Shown here one piece after another: positions 56,573 to 64,000 of a stretch of 64,000 nt of DNA. The notes beneath the pieces are model-generated. The model made no database searches and was not told the origin of the DNA. It saw only the letters and a program-made list of their open reading frames with translations. The stretch comes from an uncultured SAR86 cluster bacterium (GTDB taxonomy: Bacteria > Pseudomonadota > Gammaproteobacteria > Magnimaribacterales > AG-339-G14), in assembly GCA_902514645.1 (NCBI GenBank), contig CABXRO010000002.1:11530-75529 (forward strand), written 5' to 3'. The translations under genes were made by a program, and so were the position numbers. Numbering within the stretch: position 1 is the stretch's first letter; each line of letters begins with the position of its first letter.

Positions 56573-58594
56573 TTATTTATTTCTTGGATCGTTTGACGCT
56601 CGCTCTGTGGTTTTCTTTTCTTCAGAAACTTCTTTTTTGACTTCTACTTCTTTTTCTTTCTTAGGCCTACTCAGCTTCCTAGGCTTTGTATTGACTTCAT
56701 TTTTGATAATATTTTCTTTTTCAGAAAAAGTTTCAGTTTCAGACATCTCTTTGGGTTTAGATGTTTTAGAATTATCAGGTTTTGGTTTTCTAGCAACTTT
56801 ATTTTGTTTATTTTCTGTTAAATTTTGAGATTTTCTTTGTTTAGAATTTGTCTTTTTATTATCCTTAATCTTATTGGAATTTGATTTATTTCTACTATCA
56901 ACCTTATTTCTATTTTTTTGATAAGGTTTTTTACCTTGATTCTTTGAATACTTAGATCTCTTATTAGATTTTTGATTTTTTTTCTTTGGCTTGTTGCTCT
57001 TAAAAAGTTCTAAGATCTTTTTGAGGAGAGATTTTTTTGGTCTACTTGATCTTTTAACATTTAAAAGAGGCTTTTCTTCAGAAGTTTTCTTTTTAGTTTT
57101 CTTTTCAAAATGGTCAGCAACAGAAATACTCGACCTATTTTTCTCAGGATCTATTACCTTTCCATCTTTTATTCTTATGACTTCGAATCTGGAATCAGGT
57201 CTGGTTGCATCAGAAATTACAACCAGTTTTACGTTACTCCTAGCTTCGATATCATTCAAACGAACTCTTCTCTCATTAAGAAGTAATGCAGACATATCGG
57301 GAGATACGATTGCTCTTACTTCACTGGTTTTTTCTTTACTAGACTCTTCTTCAAGCAATCTGAGAACTGCTGTGGAGAGTGTATTTATATCTTGAGTCCA
57401 TCTTTCTTTTAAAGATGACCTCAGTCTTTGTCTTGATAGTTCGAGCAATCCAAATCTAGAAATACGTCCAATTTGAACTCTGGCTCTATCTTCAGATAGT
57501 GCCTCCCTCATAGCATCTTCAACAGCACGTTTATTTTCAAGTTTCATCATATCGATGAAATCAATTACAACTAATCCTCCAATATCTCTTAGCCTCAATT
57601 GCCTTCCAATTTCCTCACAGGCTTCTATATTTGTTTTGACTGCAGTTTCTTCAATATCCTTACCGGAAGTAGCTTGGGAAGAGTTGATATCAATTGCAAC
57701 TAGTGCCTCTGCATCATCTATTACGATTGACCCTCCAGATGTAAGTTTTACTTCTCTTTGATACGCAGTTTCAATTTGAGATTCAATTTGATATCTGGTG
57801 AAAAGAGGGAGAGTATTTTCATATTTATTGAGAATTTTAGATTGATCAGGCATAACACGTTCAACGAACTCAGATGCTTCTTCAAAAGCTTCTTCAGTAT
57901 CAACCCAGATTTCTTCGATATCTTCTTTCAGATAGTCTCTTAAAGCTCTGATAATGATATCGCTTTCCTTAAAAATTAAAATTGGGCTATTTTTCATGGT
58001 ATTTGCTTCACTAATACCTTCCCAAACTCTTTGTAGGTACTCTAAATCCCATTTAAGATCTTCAAGATCTTTTCCTTCTCCAGCAGTTCTTACTATTAAT
58101 CCCATAGTCTCAGGAACATTTAAAGACGCAATTCTTTCTTTAAGTTTTTCTCTTTCTTTGCCCTCTAATCTTCTGGAGATTCCTGCCGCTTTTGGATTAT
58201 TGGGCATTAAAACTAAATATCTACCAGCCAGACTTATATTGGTAGTAAGTGCTGCTCCTTTATTACCTCGTTCGTCTTTTTCAACTTGAACAAGAATTTC
58301 TTGATCTTTTTTTAAACAGTCTGAAACAGATATTCTTGAATTACGGTTATATTTCTCAGGATAAAATTGAGGAGAAATTTCTTTGAAAGGCAAAAAACCA
58401 TGTCTTTCTGCTCCATAGTTTACAAAAGCAGCTCCTAGACTAGGTTCAATTCTACTAACTTTCCCTTTATATATATTTCCTTTTCTACGGATTTCACTGA
58501 TATTTTCAATATCCAAATCGTATAAAAGATTCCCTTCTGTTATTGCAACTCTTAGTTCTTCTGGTTGAGTAGCATTGATAAGCATTCTTTTCAT
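56573..58594 (-). CDS. rne: Ribonuclease E (short form: catalytic domain plus Lys-rich tail)
   Basis: MKRMLINATQPEELRVAI, S1 domain IYKGKVSRIEPSLGAAFVNYG, DNase-I-like VAIDINS and ISRFGLLELSRQR. It is divergent from rluC, as in E. coli. Confidence 0.9.
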   Translation of the reverse strand: MKRMLINATQPEELRVAITEGNLLYDLDIENISEIRRKGNIYKGKVSRIEPSLGAAFVNYGAERHGFLPFKEISPQFYPEKYNRNSRISVSDCLKKDQEILVQVEKDERGNKGAALTTNISLAGRYLVLMPNNPKAAGISRRLEGKEREKLKERIASLNVPETMGLIVRTAGEGKDLEDLKWDLEYLQRVWEGISEANTMKNSPILIFKESDIIIRALRDYLKEDIEEIWVDTEEAFEEASEFVERVMPDQSKILNKYENTLPLFTRYQIESQIETAYQREVKLTSGGSIVIDDAEALVAIDINSSQATSGKDIEETAVKTNIEACEEIGRQLRLRDIGGLVVIDFIDMMKLENKRAVEDAMREALSEDRARVQIGRISRFGLLELSRQRLRSSLKERWTQDINTLSTAVLRLLEEESSKEKTSEVRAIVSPDMSALLLNERRVRLNDIEARSNVKLVVISDATRPDSRFEVIRIKDGKVIDPEKNRSSISVADHFEKKTKKKTSEEKPLLNVKRSSRPKKSLLKKILELFKSNKPKKKNQKSNKRSKYSKNQGKKPYQKNRNKVDSRNKSNSNKIKDNKKTNSKQRKSQNLTENKQNKVARKPKPDNSKTSKPKEMSETETFSEKENIIKNEVNTKPRKLSRPKKEKEVEVKKEVSEEKKTTERASNDPRNK

Positions 58595-58805
58595 AGTCTC
58601 ACCTCATGAAAGTGCTTAAATATAAAATGTAGTACCTTCTATGGAAGGCTTTTTTGGAAATAAAATTTAGGTTTTACGCCCTAGCTACCTAACTTTATTA
58701 AATTCTTATATTTAAACTAAGTTAAAATTCTTGCCCTAAAATATTATCAATAAGGGGCTTTGATGCGTATTCTAGAGAAAATATTCAAAGAAATCTAAAT
58801 TTTTT

Positions 58806-59720
58806 ATGTCTGAAGTCAAAAAAATAATTATTGATGAAAATATTTCCGGTCAAAGATTGGATAATTTTCTACTAAATCTCTTGAAAGGAGTTCCAAAATC
58901 CAAGATTTATTCAATTATTAGAAAGGGTGAAATCAGAATTAACAGCAAAAGAAAAAAACCTTCTTATAAATTAGTAAGTGGGGATGAGGTGAGAGTACCG
59001 CCAATTAAGACATCAATAAAAGAAAATCAATTTGTTCCTACCAATATTATTGCTTTGCTGAGAGATGCAATAGTGGAGGAAAATGAAGATTATATTGCAA
59101 TTAATAAACCTGAAGGCATTGCTTCACATGGCGGAAGCGGAATATCAATTGGCGTCATTGAAACGATTAGAAATTTCGGCAAGACCTATAGAGATGCAAA
59201 ATTGGTTCATAGATTAGATAAGGATACATCGGGTTGCCAAATCATTGCTAAAAACAATAAATTTTTAAGACGCTGTAACAAATTGATTTCGGAAAGAAAG
59301 GTTAAAAAAACTTACCAAGCTATTGTTCACGGAAATTGGACTCATAAAGATGGACTCTATGAAATAAATATTAAAAAAAACATGCTTATCGGTAAAGAAA
59401 GGATGGTGAGGATTTCAGATGGAGGAAAAATTGCTAAAACTCTTTTTCGAGCTGTTGAATCTTCTAACAACTTTTCGCTTATTCAATGCGAATTGGTTAC
59501 TGGAAGAACTCACCAATTGAGAGTTCATCTTTCAGAATTAGGCTTTCCAATTGCAGGAGATAAGAAGTATGGATTAAAAGAAAATAAGCTTTTGAACGGA
59601 TCAAGTCATAAAAAAAGGATGTACCTTCATGCAAACTCTTTCATCTCAAATGATCTGAATATTAATGTAAGCATAAAGCCCCCTAGAGAGTTTAAAAAAA
59701 TACTTAAAAATGATGAATAA
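58806..59720 (+). CDS. rluC: 23S rRNA pseudouridine synthase RluC (RluA family)
   Basis: S4 domain (QRLDNFL) and catalytic HRLDKDTSG, plus TGRTHQLRVH. Synteny with rne. Confidence 0.85.
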   Translation: MSEVKKIIIDENISGQRLDNFLLNLLKGVPKSKIYSIIRKGEIRINSKRKKPSYKLVSGDEVRVPPIKTSIKENQFVPTNIIALLRDAIVEENEDYIAINKPEGIASHGGSGISIGVIETIRNFGKTYRDAKLVHRLDKDTSGCQIIAKNNKFLRRCNKLISERKVKKTYQAIVHGNWTHKDGLYEINIKKNMLIGKERMVRISDGGKIAKTLFRAVESSNNFSLIQCELVTGRTHQLRVHLSELGFPIAGDKKYGLKENKLLNGSSHKKRMYLHANSFISNDLNINVSIKPPREFKKILKNDE

Positions 59721-59755
59721 ATATTCAAATTGCCCTAGAATTGCGTTTCTAAATT

Positions 59756-59962
59756 ATGGCTGTACAAAAAAGTAAGGTATCGAGGGCAAGAAGGGGCGCA
59801 AGACGCTCACATAATGCTCTAAAAAAAGAAGCTCTATCATTAGATCCTGTCACCGGCGAAAAGCATCTCAGGCATCACATGACAAAAGATGGCTTTTTTA
59901 AAGGTAGAAAAATTTTGGACATAAAAACAAAGGAAGATTCAACAGAAGACTCTCCTAGTTAG
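59756..59962 (+). CDS. rpmF: 50S ribosomal protein L32
   Basis: MAVQKSKVSRARRGARRSH... is the canonical L32 N-terminus. There are no Cys residues (zinc-free type). Confidence 0.9.
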   Translation: MAVQKSKVSRARRGARRSHNALKKEALSLDPVTGEKHLRHHMTKDGFFKGRKILDIKTKEDSTEDSPS

Positions 59963-59965
59963 TTT

Positions 59966-60697
59966 GTGTCAAAAAAAACCGTTTTAATAACAGGAGCTTC
60001 TAGAGGAATAGGGAAGGCTATTCTTGAATCCTTTAACAATGAGTATTTTATTGTTGGAACTGGAACTTCTGAACCAAGCGTTCAAAGTATTTTAAAAAAT
60101 ATCAATTCAATGAATGTTGAAGGCGATTCCTTTAAATTAGATCTGGGTGACAGAGACTCAATTAAGGAATTAGCTTCCTCACTTGCTTCGAAAGAAATTT
60201 CTCCTGACATATTGATCAACAATGCTGGAATTACCAGAGATAACATTATGTTGAGAATGCAAGAAGATGAGTGGGATAACGTTATTGATGTCCACCTTAA
60301 TGGACAATACTTGCTCATAAAATCATTTATTAAAAAAATGATTAAAAAAAGGTGGGGTAGAATAATAAACATTTCTTCTACCTCAGCAGCTCTTGGTAAT
60401 AAAGGACAAGCTAACTATTCTGCTGCAAAAGCAGGAATTGAGGCAATGTCTAGATCTCTAGCTAGAGAATTGGGCTCTAGGAATATTAATGTAAATTGTG
60501 TTGCTCCAGGCTTTATAGAAACTGATATGACAAAAGAAATTTCAGAAGGAAATGAAGATTTTTTATCCTCTCAAATCCCATTGGGTAGATTAGGAAAACC
60601 AAACGAAATTGCTGAAGTAGTGAATTTTTTAGCATCAGATCAGGCAAATTACATTACAGGACAAACTATTCATGTTAATGGTGGTTTGTATATGTAA
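59966..60697 (+). CDS. fabG: 3-oxoacyl-ACP reductase
   Basis: ITGASRGIGKA, NNAGITRD, YSAAKAG and GQTIHVNGGLYM. It lies directly upstream of acpP. GTG start. Confidence 0.9.
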   Translation: MSKKTVLITGASRGIGKAILESFNNEYFIVGTGTSEPSVQSILKNINSMNVEGDSFKLDLGDRDSIKELASSLASKEISPDILINNAGITRDNIMLRMQEDEWDNVIDVHLNGQYLLIKSFIKKMIKKRWGRIINISSTSAALGNKGQANYSAAKAGIEAMSRSLARELGSRNINVNCVAPGFIETDMTKEISEGNEDFLSSQIPLGRLGKPNEIAEVVNFLASDQANYITGQTIHVNGGLYM

Positions 60698-60738
60698 CTT
60701 GACTTACACAAAATTGGTACATTAATTTTACGATAATT

Positions 60739-60768
60739 TTGTAAAAATTTTTTTTAAAGGTATATAAT
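60739..60768 (+). promoter_or_regulatory. Candidate sigma-70 promoter for acpP (TTGTAA-N18-TATAAT)
   Basis: TTGTAA at 60739-60744 and TATAAT at 60763-60768, in the 98-nt fabG-acpP gap. Confidence 0.3.
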
Positions 60769-60795
60769 TCACAAAAATTTTAAATAGAGGTTCAT

Positions 60796-61029
60796 ATGAG
60801 CAGTACTGAAGATAGGGTTCGTAGAATAGTATGCGAACAATTAGGTGTCGGTGAGGAAGAAGTTACTCTTTCGGCTTCCTTTATAGATGATCTTGGAGCG
60901 GATTCATTGGATACTGTTGAATTAGTGATGGCATTCGAAGAGGAATTTGAAATTGAAATTCCTGACGAAGAAGCAGAAAAAATAGCAACTGTAGAAGATG
61001 CAGTTAACTATATAGATTCTGCAGAATAA
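60796..61029 (+). CDS. acpP: Acyl carrier protein
   Basis: [19 protein letters not shown] carries the phosphopantetheine Ser in DSLD. 77 aa. Confidence 0.97.
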   Translation: MSSTEDRVRRIVCEQLGVGEEEVTLSASFIDDLGADSLDTVELVMAFEEEFEIEIPDEEAEKIATVEDAVNYIDSAE

Positions 61030-61041
61030 AATTTTCCCAAT

Positions 61042-62280
61042 ATGTCTAAAAAAAGACGAGTTGTCGTAACTGGTCTAGGCATTGTCTCACCTTTAGGTAA
61101 TGATCTTGAAACAACTTGGTCAAACATCGTCGAAGGAAATAGCGGTGCTGCAGAAATAACAAAATTTGATACTTCTGGTTTTGCTACTAGTTTTGCGGCC
61201 GAGCTAAAAGATTATGATGATATTTCTGGTTTATCTCCTAAAGAGAAAAGGAGGATTGATCCTTTTGTTCAATACGCTATTACTGCCTCTGATCAAGCCA
61301 TAATTGATGCTGGAATAGAACCTAAAGGATTTGATCCTACAAGAATAGGCGTTTCTATCGGATCGGGAATTGGAGGTCTAGGAAGTATTGAGAATAATGC
61401 TATTATTTTGAAAGAAAAAGGCCCCAAAAAAATATCTCCTTTTTTTGTTCCCGGAGCGATTATAAATATGGCATCTGGTAATGTCGCTATAAAAAATAAT
61501 TTTCAAGGACCTAATATATCAATTGTTTCTGCATGTTCCAGTGCAGGACATAGTATAGGATACTCGGCGAGAACAATTGCAGACGGAGATGCAGACATAA
61601 TGATAACTGGAGGATCTGAAGCTGGCATAACTCCTTTAGGTTTGGCTGGGTTCAATGCTGCTAAGGCATTATCAACTAATAATGAGAATCCTGAAAAAGC
61701 AAGTTGTCCATGGGATAAGAAAAGAGACGGTTTTTTGCTTGGCGAAGGTGCAGGTATTTTAGTTTTGGAAGATTTAGACTCAGCAAAAAATAGAAACTCT
61801 AAAATTTATGGCGAAGTCGTTGGTTTTGGCCAAAGTGATGATGCTTATCACATTACAGCACCTGCAGAAGATGGACGGGGCGCATATTTAGCTATGAAAA
61901 ATGCTTTAGATGACTTTGGAGAAGACTTATCCTTAGTAGACTATATTAATGCTCATGGAACTTCTACTCCTCTTGGGGATGTAATTGAGGCAAAAGCTAT
62001 TCATGAAATATTTGGGATGAATAATAATTTGTCAGTCAGCTCAACTAAATCAATGACGGGACATCTTCTTGGAGCAGCTGGGGCAATAGAAGCAATTTTT
62101 TGTCTTCTTTCAATGAGAGACTCTATAGTTCCTCCAACAATTAATTTAGAAGATCCTGATAATGAATTTAATCTTGATCTAACTCCAAATAAGTTTAAGT
62201 CTAAAAATATTGACTACACAATGAGTAATTCATTTGGTTTTGGCGGAACAAATGTATCGCTAATTTTTAAAAAAATTTAG
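61042..62280 (+). CDS. fabF: 3-oxoacyl-ACP synthase II
   Basis: VSACSSAGHS (active-site Cys), NAHGTSTPLGD and GHLLGAAG. Confidence 0.95.
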   Translation: MSKKRRVVVTGLGIVSPLGNDLETTWSNIVEGNSGAAEITKFDTSGFATSFAAELKDYDDISGLSPKEKRRIDPFVQYAITASDQAIIDAGIEPKGFDPTRIGVSIGSGIGGLGSIENNAIILKEKGPKKISPFFVPGAIINMASGNVAIKNNFQGPNISIVSACSSAGHSIGYSARTIADGDADIMITGGSEAGITPLGLAGFNAAKALSTNNENPEKASCPWDKKRDGFLLGEGAGILVLEDLDSAKNRNSKIYGEVVGFGQSDDAYHITAPAEDGRGAYLAMKNALDDFGEDLSLVDYINAHGTSTPLGDVIEAKAIHEIFGMNNNLSVSSTKSMTGHLLGAAGAIEAIFCLLSMRDSIVPPTINLEDPDNEFNLDLTPNKFKSKNIDYTMSNSFGFGGTNVSLIFKKI

Positions 62281-63200
62281 TGAAGTATCTGTTTTCATTT
62301 ATTTTTTTGTTAAATGTTATTTTCTATTCTTGCTTAATTTTTATTCCTTTAAACAATTCTTATATTCTAACTATTTCTCAAGGAGACAATTTAAATAAGA
62401 TTTTCCAAAATCTTGAAGACGTAGATATTTCTTTTCCAAGATTCACAAAGATATTAATAAACTTATTTGAAATAGATAGAAAGCTTTCTCTCGGAAGTTA
62501 TGAAATTACTCCTGACGATTCTTTATTTGAAGTATTTAAAAAGCTTTATGGCGGCCAAATTATTCTTAAAAAATTTATTATTCAAGATGGTTCTAGAGTT
62601 AAAAACTTATTTCCTCCAGAGGTTGTTAATTCCTTTTGTGAAAGTAAAAATATACCTCTTCCATGTAATCTAGAAGGATTGTTAATGCCCGATGTATATT
62701 TATATGACCGCAAAGAAGAGTTAATAAGGGTTTTAAATAATGCTTTAGAAAGTCAGAAAAAAAATATTGATCTTGCTTGGAAACAACGAGATGATTTGCT
62801 GGATGACTATTCTAAGTATCAACTTCTAATCATCGCATCAATTTTAGAAAAAGAATCTTGTTTGAACGAAAGAAAAAGAATCTCTGGAGTTATTTTCAAT
62901 AGATTAAATAAAAATATGCTTCTTCAGATGGATTCAACAACAATTTATGGCTTGAAAAGCTTCAATGGTGACCTAAAGAAGAGTCACTTGAAAGATTCTT
63001 CCTTATATAATACTTACATGCATAAAGGCTTACCTCCAGGACCAATTTCTAACCCCTCATTTGGTTCATTAGTTGCTGCAGGACAACCAGAGATTCATAA
63101 ATATTTATTTTTTGTTGCAAATGGTAAATGTAGTCATAAATTTTCAACAAACTATGATGATCATTCAAGAGCTGTAGAAGAATTTCAACTTAACAGATAA
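62280..63200 (+). CDS. mltG: Endolytic murein transglycosylase MltG (YceG)
   Basis: N-terminal TM helix, LLIIASILEKES (catalytic Glu region) and LPPGPISNP. Synteny fabF-mltG-tmk. GTG start overlaps the fabF stop. Confidence 0.85.
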   Translation: MKYLFSFIFLLNVIFYSCLIFIPLNNSYILTISQGDNLNKIFQNLEDVDISFPRFTKILINLFEIDRKLSLGSYEITPDDSLFEVFKKLYGGQIILKKFIIQDGSRVKNLFPPEVVNSFCESKNIPLPCNLEGLLMPDVYLYDRKEELIRVLNNALESQKKNIDLAWKQRDDLLDDYSKYQLLIIASILEKESCLNERKRISGVIFNRLNKNMLLQMDSTTIYGLKSFNGDLKKSHLKDSSLYNTYMHKGLPPGPISNPSFGSLVAAGQPEIHKYLFFVANGKCSHKFSTNYDDHSRAVEEFQLNR

Positions 63201-63811
63201 TGTTTATTACTTTAGAAGGAAGCGAAGGTGTAGGAAAATCTACTTTAATTGATTTATTAAAAGATTATTTTTCAGATAAAAAAATTGATTTTCTTTTCAC
63301 AAGAGAACCAGGTGGAACGAAAGAGGGGCAGGCAATTCGAAAAATTTTATTAGATAAATCAATTGAATTAAATTCTTATTCCGAAACATTTCTCATTTTG
63401 GCTGATAGATACGAACATATTAATAAAATAATAAATCCAGCTTTAAAAAAAAATCAAAATATTTTATCTGATAGATATATTGACTCTACTTTAGCCTATC
63501 AAGGTGCAGGAAGAGGAATAGATCAAAAAGATTTAGAATTTCTTATGAATCTATTAAATTATCCAAAACCAGATTTGACAATCTATTTGGATTTGTCTGT
63601 AGAAGAGGGTCTAAATAGAGTCAAAAAAAGAGGTAAATCAGATAGATTTGAAAAAGAGGATCTGATTTTTTTCGAAAAAATAAGAAAGTTTTATCTTAAA
63701 CTTGTAACAGCTAATCCAGAAAAATATTTTCTCATTGATGCATCTAAACCAATAGACGAAGTTTTCGATTTAGCTAAAAACTGTATTCTGTCTAAATTAA
63801 ATGAAAAATAA
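63200..63811 (+). CDS. tmk: Thymidylate kinase
   Basis: FITLEGSEGVGKST P-loop, TREPGGT and DRYIDSTLAYQG. Confidence 0.95.
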   Translation: MFITLEGSEGVGKSTLIDLLKDYFSDKKIDFLFTREPGGTKEGQAIRKILLDKSIELNSYSETFLILADRYEHINKIINPALKKNQNILSDRYIDSTLAYQGAGRGIDQKDLEFLMNLLNYPKPDLTIYLDLSVEEGLNRVKKRGKSDRFEKEDLIFFEKIRKFYLKLVTANPEKYFLIDASKPIDEVFDLAKNCILSKLNEK

Positions 63812-64000
63812 TTTTTTTGATTCGCAAATAGATTTTAAAAATATTTCACATGCATTACTGTTTAAATGTGATGATTTCATAGAATCTCATAACCAAGTTA
63901 ATTCCTTAATAAAAAATATTCTTTGTGTTTCCAATAACAGCAAAATAAAACCTTGTAATGAATGTAAATCTTGTCTTACTTACGATGCTAATTCAAATCC
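63801..64000 (+). CDS. holB: DNA polymerase III delta' subunit, N-terminal fragment (runs off the window)
   Basis: Not in the track. ATG 63801 overlaps the tmk stop by 11 nt. It reads MKNNFFDSQIDFKNISHALLFKCDDF...KIKPCNECKSCLTYDANSN. The HALLF block plus the C-x2-C-x2-C zinc module and tmk-holB synteny support the call. Confidence 0.75.
   Translation, partial: MKNNFFDSQIDFKNISHALLFKCDDFIESHNQVNSLIKNILCVSNNSKIKPCNECKSCLTYDANSN

Noticed and set aside
56607-58289. Five plus-strand ORFs (56607-56828, 56991-57395, 57555-57761, 57758-57943, 57954-58289) antisense to rne.
   Set aside because: The Ser/Phe/Leu-rich translations are the complement of the Lys/Glu-rich rne codons. rne itself is unambiguous.
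58634-58654. Plus-strand CCTTC-TATG-GAAGG followed by CTTTTTT, which looks like an intrinsic terminator.
   Set aside because: No plus-strand gene is transcribed into it, since the upstream DNA is the antisense of rne, and the stem is only 5 bp. It is more plausibly part of the minus-strand rne leader, as noted in the findings.

Overview
This 64-kb window comes from an AT-rich, very gene-dense chromosome. G+C looks like roughly one third by eye and was not computed. Gene order is gammaproteobacterial: rne/rluC/rpmF/fabG/acpP/fabF/mltG/tmk/holB synteny, nhaB, a gsp type II secretion operon, and a tRNA-Gly(UCC) that closely resembles my recollection of E. coli glyT. The style fits a streamlined marine gammaproteobacterium, but that is inference. 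I support about 73 CDS and one tRNA. I found no rRNA, CRISPR array, transposase, integrase, prophage or recognisable defence system, so most of the window is core metabolism and housekeeping.

Main blocks:
- 1-2.2 kb: small membrane proteins, RidA and tRNA-Gly.
- 2.2-9.4 kb: hydrolases, an arylsulfatase and a reverse-transsulfuration pair.
- 9.5-21 kb: an acyl-CoA activation and modification island with two CoA ligases, two crotonases, three SDRs, a FAH-family protein and a tandem DsbA/HCCA-isomerase-like protein.
- 21-27.6 kb: a phosphate island (phoBR, ppk2-ppx, porin, PiT) with Pho-box-like repeats and an unannotated micro-ORF.
- 27.6-38.5 kb: a reduced type II secretion system (gspO, gspCDEFG-IJKLMN), followed without a gap by two serine hydrolases, then tauE-like, pdxJ, grxD and argG.
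- 43.6-48.9 kb: fabD and a small aromatic hydroxylase/dioxygenase set.
- 48.9-64 kb: housekeeping genes.

The observations most worth follow-up are reductive oddities in conserved machines:
- MetRS is split into a core ORF and an overlapping ORF for its tRNA-binding appendix.
- The T2SS has no gspH, and its GspE lacks the tetracysteine zinc subdomain.
- RNase E lacks the CPxCxGxG Zn-link and carries a short Lys-rich tail.
- The fab cluster is rearranged.
- Divergent start codons lie only 11-17 bp apart.

I did not find a convincing wholly novel multi-gene system. All calls rest on reading the supplied translations and DNA. No searches or computations were run.
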